Below, piece by piece: positions 44,206-54,856 of a stretch of 58,179 nt of DNA. The translations under genes were made by a program, and so were the position numbers. The notes below the pieces were generated by a model. The model saw nothing but the letters and a program-made list of their open reading frames with translations. It was not told where the DNA came from and made no database searches. The stretch comes from Pseudorhodobacter sp. (GTDB lineage Bacteria > Pseudomonadota > Alphaproteobacteria > Rhodobacterales > Rhodobacteraceae), in contig NZ_JAKDLJ010000001.1 in NCBI RefSeq assembly GCF_030452865.1, positions 1-58,179 on the forward strand. Direction: 5' to 3'. Within the stretch, counting starts at the first letter, position 1. Each line of letters starts with the position of its first letter.

Positions 44206-46683
44206 ATGAACATACAAGCCCCTCAGAACGCCACGGCAGACCTCGGCCGGATCGTGATCGACGTCGAGGGCATGACCTGCGCATCATGTGTCGGGCGCGT
44301 TGAGCGCGCACTGCAGGCGGTCTCCGGGGTAAAAACCGCAGCCGTCAACCTCGCGACGGAACGGGCAGAAATCATCGGGCCAGACCTCGACCGGTCGGCT
44401 CTGGTCAAGGCAATCGAGGACGCGGGCTATGATGTGCCAACGCGCCCGATCGATCTCATCATCGAGGGGATGACCTGCGCCTCCTGCGTCGCACGGGTGG
44501 AGCGGGCCTTGAAAACGGTACCCGGTGTGACCGCAGCCAATGTCAATCTGGCCACGGAACGCGCCACGGCCACCGGAACGGCGGATCTTGCCTCCCTGAT
44601 CGGCGCAATCGCGGATGCGGGTTACGTGGCACGGGCAGCGACCGAAACCGCCATCATGTCAGAAGAGTCCGCCGCGAAGAAAACGGCCGAGGAAGCCGCA
44701 TTGAGGCGCGATGTGCTTTTTGCTGCGGCTCTGACTCTGCCGGTTTTTGTCCTCGAGATGGGATCGCATCTGTTCATGTGGGTCCACATGGCGGTGATGA
44801 ACAGCATTGGCATGCAGAACAGCTGGTACATTCAGTTCGCCTTGACGACCGTGGTCCTCCTTGGCCCTGGCCTCAGGTTTTACCGCAAGGGGTTTCCGGC
44901 CTTGGCGCGTCTGGCGCCTGATATGAACAGCCTAGTCGCGGTCGGAACGTTGGCTGCCTTCGGCTATTCCCTCGTGGCAACCTTTGCCCCCGGAATCCTT
45001 CCCCCAGGCACCCAGAATGTCTATTTCGAGGCGGCGGCAGTCATCGTCACATTGATCCTCCTTGGTCGTCTGCTTGAAGCTCGCGCAAAAGGCCGGACCT
45101 CAGAGGCAATCAAGCGGCTGGTCGGACTTCAGGCCAAGACCGCCCGTGTCCTTCGCAATGGCGGCCTGGTCGAAGTGCCGGTCGCCGAAGTCCGCCCGGG
45201 CGATGTCGTCGAGGTCCGCCCGGGCGAGCGGGTGCCGGTCGACGGCGAGGTGACGACGGGCGCAAGCTGGATCGACGAAAGCATGATCTCTGGCGAGCCC
45301 GTGCCGGTCGAGAAGGCACCGGGCAGCACCGTGACCGGCGGCACAGTAAACCAGACCGGCGCCTTCAGTTTCCGGGCGACGGCGGTGGGCGAGGCTACGA
45401 TGTTGGCTCAGATCATCCGCATGGTCGAAGCCGCGCAAGGCGGCAAGCTGCCGATCCAGGCGTTGGTCGACCGCGTGACGATGTGGTTCGTTCCCGTCGT
45501 CATGGCGCTTGCCGTCCTGACTTTCGCCGTCTGGCTGATCTTCGGGCCTGATCCGGCCCTGACCTTTGGCCTGGTCAACGCCGTCGCCGTCCTCATCATT
45601 GCCTGCCCCTGCGCCATGGGTTTGGCCACACCAACGTCGATCATGGTCGGCACCGGGCGTGGTGCCGAAATGGGCGTGCTCTTCCGCAAGGGTGAGGCCC
45701 TCCAAGCCTTGCAGAGCGTCAAGGTGGTCGCGTTCGACAAGACCGGTACCCTGACCGAGGGCAAGCCGCGCCTGACCGACATGGCGCTGGCGCCGGGCTT
45801 CGACCGGGCCGCAGTGCTGGCAGTGGTGGCGGCTGTCGAAGCGAAGTCCGAGCATCCGATCGCCCGCGCCATCGTCGCCGCGGCCGAAGCCGAGGGCCTG
45901 ATCCTTCCCGAGGTCACTGCCTTCGATTCCGTCACCGGTTTCGGTGTGACGGCGGCGGCGGGCGGACAGCGGGTCGACGTCGGCGCCGACCGCTACATGG
46001 TCAAGCTCGGCCTCGATGTCTCGGGCTTCGGCGATACCGCGACCCGGCTCGGCGACGAGGGCAAGTCACCGCTCTATGCCGCCATCGACGGCAAGCTTGC
46101 CGCGATCATCGCCGTTGCGGACCCGATCAAGGAAACCACGCCGCAGGCGATCCGGGCATTGCACCTGCTGGGGCTGAAGGTTGCCATGATCACCGGCGAC
46201 AATGGCCGCACGGCGAACGCCATCGCCCGCCAGCTTGGCATCGACGAAGTTGCGGCCGAGGTGCTGCCCGACGGCAAGGTCGCTGCTGTGAAACGTCTGA
46301 AGGCGTTGGGGCCGCTGGCCTATGTCGGCGACGGGATCAACGATGCTCCCGCCCTGGCCGAAGCGGATGTGGGCCTTGCCGTCGGCACCGGCACCGACAT
46401 TGCCATCGAGGCGGCGGACGTCGTACTGATGTCGGGCAGGCTGACTGCGGTTTCGGATGCCATCGCGCTGTCCAAGGCCACCATGCGCAACATCCGCCAG
46501 AACCTGTTCTGGGCCTTCATCTACAACGCCCTGCTGATCCCGGTTGCGGCAGGCGCGCTCTGGCCCGCCTTCGGAATCCTGCTGTCGCCGATCTTCGCCG
46601 CCGCCGCGATGGCGCTATCGTCGGTCTTCGTCCTTGGCAACGCTCTGCGACTGCGGCGCTTTGCACCTTCAATCGCCGTGTAA
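44206..46683 (+). CDS. copA: Cu(I)-translocating P1B-1 ATPase
   Basis: Two GMTCASC domains, CPC, DKTGT, YN, MALSS. Confidence 0.95.
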   Translation: MNIQAPQNATADLGRIVIDVEGMTCASCVGRVERALQAVSGVKTAAVNLATERAEIIGPDLDRSALVKAIEDAGYDVPTRPIDLIIEGMTCASCVARVERALKTVPGVTAANVNLATERATATGTADLASLIGAIADAGYVARAATETAIMSEESAAKKTAEEAALRRDVLFAAALTLPVFVLEMGSHLFMWVHMAVMNSIGMQNSWYIQFALTTVVLLGPGLRFYRKGFPALARLAPDMNSLVAVGTLAAFGYSLVATFAPGILPPGTQNVYFEAAAVIVTLILLGRLLEARAKGRTSEAIKRLVGLQAKTARVLRNGGLVEVPVAEVRPGDVVEVRPGERVPVDGEVTTGASWIDESMISGEPVPVEKAPGSTVTGGTVNQTGAFSFRATAVGEATMLAQIIRMVEAAQGGKLPIQALVDRVTMWFVPVVMALAVLTFAVWLIFGPDPALTFGLVNAVAVLIIACPCAMGLATPTSIMVGTGRGAEMGVLFRKGEALQALQSVKVVAFDKTGTLTEGKPRLTDMALAPGFDRAAVLAVVAAVEAKSEHPIARAIVAAAEAEGLILPEVTAFDSVTGFGVTAAAGGQRVDVGADRYMVKLGLDVSGFGDTATRLGDEGKSPLYAAIDGKLAAIIAVADPIKETTPQAIRALHLLGLKVAMITGDNGRTANAIARQLGIDEVAAEVLPDGKVAAVKRLKALGPLAYVGDGINDAPALAEADVGLAVGTGTDIAIEAADVVLMSGRLTAVSDAIALSKATMRNIRQNLFWAFIYNALLIPVAAGALWPAFGILLSPIFAAAAMALSSVFVLGNALRLRRFAPSIAV

Positions 46684-46695
46684 GGAGGACCTGAG

Positions 46696-47166
46696 ATGAA
46701 CATCGGTGAAGCTTCAAAATCTTCGGGCGTTTCTGCCAAAATGATCCGCTACTATGAGTCGATCGGACTCATTCCGGCAGCAGGAAGGACGGTTGCAGGA
46801 TATCGCGTCTATACGATGACCGATGTTCAGCTTCTGCGCTTCATCCGAAGGGCGCGGGATCTGGGCTTCTCCGTCGAGAAGATCGAGGAGTTGCTGGCGC
46901 TCTGGCAGGATCGTTCACGGCAGAGCGCCGATGTGAAACAGATTGCGCTTGAGCAGATCGCCGGTCTTGAAGTTCGAATTCGTGAAATGCAGGCAATGAT
47001 GGACACGCTTCGCCATCTGGCGGATGCGTGCTGCGGCGATCACCGCCCGGACTGTCCGATCCTAGCAGACCTCGTGAATGGCCCCGATCAAGGCAGTAAT
47101 GGTGGCCAGGATGAACGAACTCCCGCGTCCCGCTCCGAAAAGGCTGCCGGGCTTCAAGCGCATTGA
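46696..47166 (+). CDS. cueR: Cu(I)-responsive MerR regulator
   Basis: MNIGEAS..MIRYYE; RQSADV (Ser), CCGDHRPDCPIL. Confidence 0.95.
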   Translation: MNIGEASKSSGVSAKMIRYYESIGLIPAAGRTVAGYRVYTMTDVQLLRFIRRARDLGFSVEKIEELLALWQDRSRQSADVKQIALEQIAGLEVRIREMQAMMDTLRHLADACCGDHRPDCPILADLVNGPDQGSNGGQDERTPASRSEKAAGLQAH

Positions 47167-47196
47167 CATTCTACGGCCTGCGCATGATCGTGATCT

Positions 47197-47386
47197 TGTT
47201 TGGTGTTCATGGGATGCAGAGTCCCCGAACTCAATCGGGAATGAGGAAGGGTGGACCCAATAGCGGCACCCGACGCCTCAGCCGCCCCCGCGACTGTATG
47301 CGGTAGTGGCCCTTCGATATGCCACTGGGCAACTGCCCGGGAAGGCGAAGGGTTGCAGTGACCGTGAGCCAGGAGACCGGCCAGAC
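47197..47386 (+). ncRNA. Cobalamin riboswitch
   Basis: GGGAA, GCCCCCGCGACTGT, GCCACTG, GGGAAGGC, GAGCCAGGAGACC in order upstream of cbtB; ends approximate. Confidence 0.9.
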
Positions 47387-47434
47387 AGGAGGCTTAACCC
47401 CAATCCCGTCGGGTGTGACGGGCGGAGAAACATC

Positions 47435-47611
47435 ATGTCTGCCACCACTCTTTCCACCGCGTCCGTACAGCACGCAGGTCTGGTTCGGCCCATCCTGACC
47501 AGTGCTGTCCTTGGTACGTTTCTCATCTTTGCGGCAGGTTTTGCCTCTTCAGATGCGCTGCATGCCGCAACACATGATACCCGCCACGCCACTGGCTTTC
47601 CCTGCCACTGA
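47435..47611 (+). CDS. cbtB: Cobalt transporter subunit CbtB
   Basis: One TM plus LHAATHDTRHATGFPCH. Confidence 0.92.
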   Translation: MSATTLSTASVQHAGLVRPILTSAVLGTFLIFAAGFASSDALHAATHDTRHATGFPCH

Positions 47612-47629
47612 CAGATCGAGTTCGCTGAC

Positions 47630-48391
47630 ATGACGAGATCCCTGTTGTCCGGCGGGGTGATTGCGGGTGCTATTACAGGTCTCGCGGTTGCCTTTCTGCA
47701 GTTTTTTCTGATCCAGCCACTCATCATCGAAGCCGAGCGATACGAGACCGGCGAACTTGTCCTGATGGGGGTGGCGCAAGATGACCCCTCGGGATCGAGT
47801 GGCGATCCTGTCCTGCCTGCGCACGATGCCGACGACGCTGACGAAGAGGTTGGTATCGTCGTGCGAAACGGCCTGACGGTCCTGACTTTGGTCTTGACCT
47901 GGTCAGGCTTTGGCCTGGTCGCGGGAGCTGCTCTTGCAACACACCGTGCCCTGTGGGGTCCACACAGCATTTCTGCACCCGCGCTCGCCCTTTCCGGCTT
48001 CGCTGCTTTCGCCCTGTCACCCAGCTTGGGACTGCCACCGGAGTTGCCAGGCATGCTGGCCGCTGATCTGTCGGACAGGCAAATGTGGTGGGTCATGTCG
48101 GCGGCGGCGACGGCGACGGTGGCGGGGCTTTTCCTCGCCAGTGGGGTCAAGTCCTGGCCTGGGCGTCTCGCAGGGCTTGCCTTGATGGTGGCCCCCCACC
48201 TTCTCGGGGCACCGCAGCCACCTGCTTCCGTCCCGGTCATTCCTCCGGATTTGGCCGCGCTCTACAGTGCCCGGGTACTCGGCCTGAGCCTGATCGGTTG
48301 GCTTGCTCTCGCATCCCTTCTCTTCAGATTGATGCCGGAAGACGGGCGGGAGCAACCTACTGCTGTCGCAGAAGCTGTTGATACCCGTTGA
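47630..48391 (+). CDS. cbtA: Cobalt transporter subunit CbtA
   Basis: PLIIEAERYE, PSLGLPPELPG, RQMWW, PHLLGAP. Confidence 0.9.
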   Translation: MTRSLLSGGVIAGAITGLAVAFLQFFLIQPLIIEAERYETGELVLMGVAQDDPSGSSGDPVLPAHDADDADEEVGIVVRNGLTVLTLVLTWSGFGLVAGAALATHRALWGPHSISAPALALSGFAAFALSPSLGLPPELPGMLAADLSDRQMWWVMSAAATATVAGLFLASGVKSWPGRLAGLALMVAPHLLGAPQPPASVPVIPPDLAALYSARVLGLSLIGWLALASLLFRLMPEDGREQPTAVAEAVDTR

Positions 48392-48526
48392 CAGAGCAGT
48401 CGGAACGACGCATGCGCTCCAGTCTTGCGGTGATCCGATCATCGTCCTTCACATCCTGAACCGCACGATGCATGTTGAGGACAACTTTTTTCCGGACGGC
48501 TGACACCCCACGCCTGTGAAGGGCTG

Positions 48527-49594
48527 TCAATTCGCAGCGCGCCACATCCGATACCGCCCCTGCCCCGTCACCTCGCGGATTAGACCCCGCGTCTCCATCC
48601 AGGCGAGGTTGCGCTGGACGGCGGCGCGGCTGGCGCCGGTCAGCACCTCAGCCATTGGGGCGGATACAAGAGGCCATTCGGTCAGCACCGCGCGCAAGGC
48701 TGGGGGTGTCCTGCCCGAGAGCGTGGCCATCTCGGTTTCGGACCGCGCTGACCAAGCCTCGATGTCGTCGAGGTGCCGCATCGCGGTCCGGCTTGCCGAC
48801 TCCATCCCGTCGAACCATCGCACCAGTCGGTCAGCGGCTGTACCACCGGCGCGCAGCCCCCCTGCCCCGCCCATGGCGAGAGGGACAAATATCGCTCCCC
48901 TGCCCTCGCTGGTCGCAATCCGCGCGGCCGTTACAGCCGCTTCCACACGGTCTCCGTGCTGCCCGAGACCCGCCAAACTCCAAAGGTGGAACCCCATGCA
49001 GGCGCGGCTGATCGGGTGGAGATCAGCAGCTTGCGCCATCACGTCCAGCCAACCCCCCGCACGATCCGCGAAGGACTCCGCCTCATTCGCCAAGTTTTCA
49101 GGGTCACGGCGATCCACAAAAGCGGCCAGGTCCACCTCCGGCCTTGGCCCTCCCGTCAGGCGTCGCACCGCCCATCCGACGCGTGCCAAGGCGGCCGTGT
49201 CGTCTTGAACTCCAGACAGGCGCAGGGCGATCCAGAGCGCCAGTCGATCCGGCCCGATGCGGTCGCCTGCGAACCAGCTTAGGTCGGCTGCTTCGATCAG
49301 GGCGAGCCTGTGGCGCCAGCCCTCAGGCCCACGCTTCAATCGTTCGTCCAGAGCGCCAATCCGCCCCGCGACGCGGGCGAGCCGCGCGGCATGACCCGCC
49401 TCGGCCTTCCGCCAGTCATCAAGAACCGCCGTCGCGCGGGGTTCGGCTCTGGGGCCGGGCGGCAGATCGTCGGGCTCGTCTTCGATCGGACCGGGCAGGA
49501 ACCACAAATCGTCTTCCGATCTCTCCTCGGCCTCTTCCACCCCGGTCAGAGGGTCATCAAAACTATCATGTAGAGCAGATGCTTGAGGCTTCAT
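48527..49594 (-). CDS. DUF1612/HTH-like plasmid protein
   Basis: C-terminal HTH ..REVTGQGRYRMW; divergent from the resolvase. Confidence 0.6.
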   Translation of the reverse strand: MKPQASALHDSFDDPLTGVEEAEERSEDDLWFLPGPIEDEPDDLPPGPRAEPRATAVLDDWRKAEAGHAARLARVAGRIGALDERLKRGPEGWRHRLALIEAADLSWFAGDRIGPDRLALWIALRLSGVQDDTAALARVGWAVRRLTGGPRPEVDLAAFVDRRDPENLANEAESFADRAGGWLDVMAQAADLHPISRACMGFHLWSLAGLGQHGDRVEAAVTAARIATSEGRGAIFVPLAMGGAGGLRAGGTAADRLVRWFDGMESASRTAMRHLDDIEAWSARSETEMATLSGRTPPALRAVLTEWPLVSAPMAEVLTGASRAAVQRNLAWMETRGLIREVTGQGRYRMWRAAN

Positions 49595-49596
49595 AT

Positions 49597-49620
49597 GTGC
49601 AAAATACGCACGTTTTGCAC
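49597..49620. promoter_or_regulatory. Inverted repeat (operator or res subsite)
   Basis: GTGCAAAA-N8-TTTTGCAC; second dyad CCGTTT-AC-AAACGG at 49765-49778. Confidence 0.4.
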
Positions 49621-49823
49621 TTTACCCAAGGGTTTTCTTGGGGTGCGTCTGCACTCCTTATATGGCACGCGCGCGCGAATGCCTGCGAGATCTCTCTGAT
49701 CGCGCGCAGCCCTAGGAAACCAAGGGCATTTCGCTGACCTCAGCAATAGAGAGCGCCCTTGCATCCGTTTACAAACGGTCGTTTACTCCTGACATCCGCA
49801 ATTGCAAAGAGGCCCCCTGCCCC

Positions 49824-50708
49824 GTGCCACTCATCGGATACGCGCGTATTTCCACCGAAGATCAAACCGCCCTGCCCCAAGTTCTGGAGTTGCGCTCCGC
49901 AGGCTGCGTGGAAATTGTCGAAGAGCAAGCCTCGGGCGGCAGTCGCACCAGGCCTGTTCTGGCGCGTGTGCTGGATCAACTGCGCGTTGGCGATACACTT
50001 GTCGTGGTTCGGATCGACCGCCTTGCCCGCTCGCTTTCTCACCTCTTGGAAATCATCGCGCGGCTGGAGGCAAGAGGTGCGCATTTCCGGTCCTTGCAGG
50101 ATCCGATCGACACGGCGTCGCCGCAGGGCAAGTTTACCCTGCAGGTCCTGGGCGCAGCCGCCGAGTTTGAACGGGCACTGATACGCGAGCGCACCAAGGC
50201 CGGGCTGCGATCTGCGAAGGCGGCAGGGCGGGTTGGCGGCAACCCAGGGCTAAAGTCGGGCGATCCCGTGGCAATCCGTAAGGCAAGAGCCGCGCGAGTG
50301 GAAAGCCATTTCCAGAAGCTTAATGCCAGTGCTGAACATTGGGTGCCGGAAGTGCGCCGTCTGAGACCGGGCCTGCCTTGGGAAGACGTGCTGCGCATCG
50401 TCAATTCAGGTCTGCCGAGCGAGGCGCAGCCATGGTCCCTGCCCCGCCTGATCCGTGCTGCCAAAAGCTTCGTCCGCGAAGGCCTGCTGCCGGACACCAT
50501 CCTTTCCCGCGCCTCCGCGTCCGACAAGGATGATCGCCTGCCCGCCATCGTCGCGGGCATCAAAGGCGCAGATCCGAAGATGACTCTTCAAGCCATCTGC
50601 GACCGGCTAGAGACCATGCGCGAACGGACACCTAGGGGCCGCAGCAAGTGGGAGCCGTCATCGGTCAAGATGATCTTGGAGCGGGCGAAGAAGTTGGGAC
50701 TGTTATAG
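49824..50708 (+). CDS. Serine recombinase (resolvase)
   Basis: GYARIST..Q, RIDRLARS, AEFERALIRERT. Confidence 0.92.
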   Translation: MPLIGYARISTEDQTALPQVLELRSAGCVEIVEEQASGGSRTRPVLARVLDQLRVGDTLVVVRIDRLARSLSHLLEIIARLEARGAHFRSLQDPIDTASPQGKFTLQVLGAAAEFERALIRERTKAGLRSAKAAGRVGGNPGLKSGDPVAIRKARAARVESHFQKLNASAEHWVPEVRRLRPGLPWEDVLRIVNSGLPSEAQPWSLPRLIRAAKSFVREGLLPDTILSRASASDKDDRLPAIVAGIKGADPKMTLQAICDRLETMRERTPRGRSKWEPSSVKMILERAKKLGLL

Positions 50709-51132
50709 TAGGTAACGCTTTTCGGTGCCATTAGGCCAAAAGGCATTCTACCGACAGGCTCAGACGAAGAATCGCTTGCGATGCTCACGCGAACACGATC
50801 GCCCTGGTCAGGTATGCTGCAGCGTTACTGAGCCTTGTCAGAGATTTTCCAAGCATCACGCGTGGGCTCGAGGGCGTCGGGTCCTGTGGATAAGTCTCAC
50901 AACATTTTCTGTAATCTTTACAATATCCTACGCCCAACCTTTAACAGGTCACTTTAGCCTTTTCGCATCATATGGTGCCATGGTCGGCAGAAAACACAAG
51001 ATAGCTGCACAAGATTTGCCTTGAGTTTCTTCCCGACGGGCGTCATATCTGTAACGCGAAAACTAAGAAAACGACGTCCACTGCGTTCCTGCTGGCACCG
51101 ATCGACTGCAGATCACGGGTAACGCTTAAGAG

Positions 51133-52359
51133 ATGTCTCGAGACAGGCGAATGATGATGCACCAAGTGTTGCATGACAAGCTCAAGGCAGACGCAGAGCG
51201 GCTTTCTGAAGCCCTTGAACATATGTCGAAGCTTTTTCTGGCACCGAAGGAAGAAAAGACACTCCGCGCCTTCACAAGCGCAGAGGTCGGAGAGTTGTTG
51301 CGGGTGAGCGACGGCTATCTGCGCAAGGCGCATTTCGACGGCAGAATTCCAGAAGTCGAACAGGGACCGGGTAACAAGCGCCTTTATTCCGCCGAGAACA
51401 TCCTCCAGATCCGCAACATTCTGGCTCAGAATGCAAAGGATCCGTTTCAGTTCCTTCCCGGTCGGCGACATGGTGACAAGCTTCAAATCTGGTCAACCGT
51501 CAACTTCAAGGGCGGATCCAGCAAAACTACGACCACCGTGACTCTCGGGATGCGGCTCGCCCTGCGTGGATACCGTGTGTGTTTGGTGGATGCAGACCCT
51601 CAGGCCTCGCTGACGACCTTCTTTGGATACCAGCCAGAGATCGACTTCCGCCACGGCGGCACGCTGTATGATGCAATTCGCTACAACGATGGCGAAACGT
51701 CCCGGGTGCCAATCGTGGACGTTTTGCGCAAGACCTACTTCCCGAACCTGGATCTAGTGCCCGGTGGGATCATGCTTTCGGAATTCGAAACCGAAACTCC
51801 AACCGCGCTGAGCCGTGGCGAACAACCCGTCTTCTTCAATCGGATCCGCGACTCGCTACGACAGGTTGAAGACGATTATGACATCGTTTTAATCGACTGC
51901 CCGCCTCAGCTTGGCTATCTGACGATGGCAGCGGTCTGTGCATCGACGTCGCTTCTCATGACCATCATCCCTGAGCGTGTCGACCTGGCCTCGGCCAGCC
52001 AGTTCCTGACGATGGCGTCGGGCGTTTTGGAAGTCCTGTACTCGAACGGTGGCATCGGCGCGTATGACAATTTCGCCTACCTCCTGACGCGCTTCGACAC
52101 CGCTATCAGCACGCAGCAGGACTTGTCTGAATGGCTCAAGCAATTGCTAGGCGACAGTGTGATCAAGACGCCCTTCGTGAAGTCTTCGGCGGTTAGCGAG
52201 GCTGGCCTTTCGCAGAAGACAATCTTCGAAGTGGACCTCGCTACGACCAAGAACCGAAAGACTTATGAGCGAGCCCTAGAGTCGGTGATGAGCTTTTCAA
52301 ATGACATTGAGAAGATGATCCAGTCAGCATGGGGTCGAGGGGGCACAAATGAAGCGTGA
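51133..52359 (+). CDS. repA: Plasmid partitioning ATPase RepA
   Basis: N-terminal HTH; NFKGGSSKTTT, DADPQASL, IDCPPQLG. Confidence 0.93.
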   Translation: MSRDRRMMMHQVLHDKLKADAERLSEALEHMSKLFLAPKEEKTLRAFTSAEVGELLRVSDGYLRKAHFDGRIPEVEQGPGNKRLYSAENILQIRNILAQNAKDPFQFLPGRRHGDKLQIWSTVNFKGGSSKTTTTVTLGMRLALRGYRVCLVDADPQASLTTFFGYQPEIDFRHGGTLYDAIRYNDGETSRVPIVDVLRKTYFPNLDLVPGGIMLSEFETETPTALSRGEQPVFFNRIRDSLRQVEDDYDIVLIDCPPQLGYLTMAAVCASTSLLMTIIPERVDLASASQFLTMASGVLEVLYSNGGIGAYDNFAYLLTRFDTAISTQQDLSEWLKQLLGDSVIKTPFVKSSAVSEAGLSQKTIFEVDLATTKNRKTYERALESVMSFSNDIEKMIQSAWGRGGTNEA

Positions 52360-53305
52360 TCTTCTTGCCAAGAGCCTAGCACAAATGGGCTCAAAGCCTT
52401 TAATTGCTGCCGAGGCCGGGTCGAAGGTGGACGAAAGCTCGCCTCGTTCCCTGAAGAGCATGTCAGACGTCCTTTCTCAGGTCTCGGCACAGGCAGCCCA
52501 GGACGTGGATGTCAATGAGATCGGCGATTCTGAAATCGCGGATCGTTTTGACGTATCAGAAGGGCTCGATGATCTGATCGAGTCCATCAGGACATCAGGA
52601 CAACAGCTCCCTGCACTGCTCCGCTATCGCCGCGGCCCTGGCCCTCGCTATGAGGTGGTTTACGGACGCCGCAGAATTGCCGCGTGCCGAGTGCTTGGGA
52701 TCAAGGTCAAGGCTTATGTCAAGGAAATGGACCACCGCGAGGCGCTTGTCTCGCAGGCCCTGGAAAACTCTGCGCGCCTAGAGCGCAGCTTCATCGAACA
52801 AGCCATCTTCGCCACCAAGCTGGAGGACCAGGGCTTTACCCGGGCCGAGATCGGCGATGTGCTAGCTGTCGACAAGGGAACGCTAAGCAAGCTGATTGGC
52901 GTTGCCCGAGACGTGCCCGACGCAGTGATCTACAAAATTGGCGCCGCGCATGAAGCAGGCCGGCGCCCATGGCTGGAACTGCGTCGTCTGGTCAAAACGG
53001 AAAACGCCCCTTCAGACAGCTCTGTCCTCTTGCTTGTTCCTGAAGAAGGCACTGCGGCCGAGAAGCTCAGCGCTGTCATCGATGCGCTGCAGAAGGTCGC
53101 GGATGCACAGCAGAACGCAGCGGAGTCTGCCGCCAAGGGCCCCTCTCCTGCCCCCCTCAAACAAATGCCCGCAACTTCGGTGGCTTTCAGGTCCAAAGGC
53201 CAGCGTCTCTTGATCGAGGTTTCCGACAAAAAGGAGCGCGGGTTCATCAACTTCGTGGAGGCACAGCTTGAGCGCCTCTACAAGGAGTGGAAAGAAAAAT
53301 CATGA
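52349..53305 (+). CDS. repB: Plasmid partitioning protein RepB
   Basis: GQQLP, YGRRR, ENSAR..SFIEQ, IGAAHEAGRRPW. Confidence 0.92.
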   Translation: MKRDLLAKSLAQMGSKPLIAAEAGSKVDESSPRSLKSMSDVLSQVSAQAAQDVDVNEIGDSEIADRFDVSEGLDDLIESIRTSGQQLPALLRYRRGPGPRYEVVYGRRRIAACRVLGIKVKAYVKEMDHREALVSQALENSARLERSFIEQAIFATKLEDQGFTRAEIGDVLAVDKGTLSKLIGVARDVPDAVIYKIGAAHEAGRRPWLELRRLVKTENAPSDSSVLLLVPEEGTAAEKLSAVIDALQKVADAQQNAAESAAKGPSPAPLKQMPATSVAFRSKGQRLLIEVSDKKERGFINFVEAQLERLYKEWKEKS

Positions 53306-53338
53306 AGCCAAAACGGTTAAGTGATTGATTTTTATAGG

Positions 53339-53354
53339 GTTGGCCATGGTCAAC
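53339..53354. promoter_or_regulatory. parS-like palindrome 1
   Basis: GTTGGCCATGGTCAAC, extended to 22 bp by AGG/CCT flanks. Confidence 0.7.
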
Positions 53355-53399
53355 CCTGATCAAACAGACAAGAAACAATCAAAAAGGAGGCAGACGTAG

Positions 53400-53492
53400 C
53401 GCAAAAAGAAACCCCCCGAAGGCGGTGAAGCACTCCAGAGGGTCCCGATTTACTCGCAATCTATTGGTACCCAAAAAATCGAATCACTGCAA
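53400..53492 (-). ncRNA. Putative repABC counter-transcribed RNA with its promoter
   Basis: Minus-strand TTGCAGTGATTCG promoter motif (~53480-53492); GC hairpin plus TTTCTTTTT terminator (53403-53443); lies in the repB-repC gap. Confidence 0.65.
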
Positions 53493-53535
53493 CACCGATT
53501 TCGGTGACCGGTATCCTTTTGCTGTCTGAAAACAG

Positions 53536-54714
53536 ATGGAACAAGAAGCAGTCACGACCATCGAGGTCGAGGCACAGTTGAGTTGTGCGCCTTCAATCTT
53601 CGATTCTTTCGCCGGTATTGGCACGATCGAACAGCAGCCAAACTTCGCACCTGTAACCCGGCGCGCGCTCATGGCGGCCGTCAACACCACAAGTCGCGCA
53701 CTCGGCTTGCGACCGTCTTCAGTCGTTGTGCTTGACGCACTCTTGAGCTGCCTTCCCTGCAACGATCCGAAAACCGGGAATGACAGCCCAATCACGCCAC
53801 TCACCCTGCTGACCGTGTTCGCTTGCAACGACACTTTATGTTTTCGCGCGAAAGGCATAACGGACAGGCAACTTCGGCGGCACCTTGAGAAACTTGAAGC
53901 TGCAAATCTGATCCAACGGCGTGACAGTTCCAACGGCAAACGATTCCCAATTATGCGCAACGGTAAAGTCATCGGCGCGTTCGGCATCGACTTATCGCCC
54001 CTGCTCGCACGGTCTGGCGAAATCCTTGCACTGTCTCAGAAACATCGTCAGGAAGCCGACGAACTTCGAGGCATGAAAGCCTACATCCAAAAACTGCGCG
54101 GTGAATGCCTCACCCTTTGCCTGCAAGGCGAGGCCTTAGAGTTCGTCGAAGCTGCCCGCAACTTTATGCGTCGAACCGGAGTAACTTTACTTCAGGCAAG
54201 CAGCGTCATCAGCAGACTTAAATGCATCCTGCAGAGTAAGGTAGTCACTCCAAGCGTACCGCATTTGGAAGAGTTGGCCACGGCCAACGATCCAGAACAC
54301 GAACAACGCCAAGAACAAGCACCGTCTTCTAACTCGAAGAAAACGACCGGCTCAGACGGACAAAATGTCCGGCACAAAGAGACTCAAAAATCATATACAA
54401 AAAAAACCTTACCGCGCTCGATGACAGAGCTGTGGGCTTGCTTGACCGAAATCCCGGCCTTTTATCCAGACCACCCCACCACAGAACACGGCCTCCTACA
54501 GCTGCTATTTGAATTTGGTAAGATGCTGAGAATAGACAGCGCTCTTTTGGGTAGGGCGGTGTCTTTGCTTGGCCTGGCAGAAGCCATTCAGGTGGCAGAT
54601 CAAATGGCCTGCAAGATCGACCAGGTCAAAAGCCCTGATAGCTACCTATCGAGGATCCTAGCCGGTTGCACCAAGACAAGAGTTGGCCATGGCCAACTTT
54701 GCGTTGCTACATAA
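53536..54714 (+). CDS. repC: Replication initiator RepC
   Basis: VFACNDTL, RRHL..L, RRDSSNGKRF, AFGIDLSPL, KSPDSYL. Confidence 0.9.
   Translation: MEQEAVTTIEVEAQLSCAPSIFDSFAGIGTIEQQPNFAPVTRRALMAAVNTTSRALGLRPSSVVVLDALLSCLPCNDPKTGNDSPITPLTLLTVFACNDTLCFRAKGITDRQLRRHLEKLEAANLIQRRDSSNGKRFPIMRNGKVIGAFGIDLSPLLARSGEILALSQKHRQEADELRGMKAYIQKLRGECLTLCLQGEALEFVEAARNFMRRTGVTLLQASSVISRLKCILQSKVVTPSVPHLEELATANDPEHEQRQEQAPSSNSKKTTGSDGQNVRHKETQKSYTKKTLPRSMTELWACLTEIPAFYPDHPTTEHGLLQLLFEFGKMLRIDSALLGRAVSLLGLAEAIQVADQMACKIDQVKSPDSYLSRILAGCTKTRVGHGQLCVAT
54682..54697. promoter_or_regulatory. parS-like palindrome 2 (inside the 3' end of repC)
   Basis: Perfect GTTGGCCATGGCCAAC. Confidence 0.7.
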
Positions 54715-54856
54715 ATCATCCAACTGAAACGCGCCGCCCTGCCGGTCTGTCGTTGGCACCTATGTCCAGTACAAAAGTGAGAGAATGGTCGGTTTGAGGG
54801 TGGCGGGAAGTGAGATCGGGAGAGTGGCTCCCGGCGCCCGCCGTGGAGAAGACCTG

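Noticed and set aside
49824-50708. Tn3-family transposon
   Set aside because: Resolvase only; no transposase or 38-bp terminal inverted repeats seen
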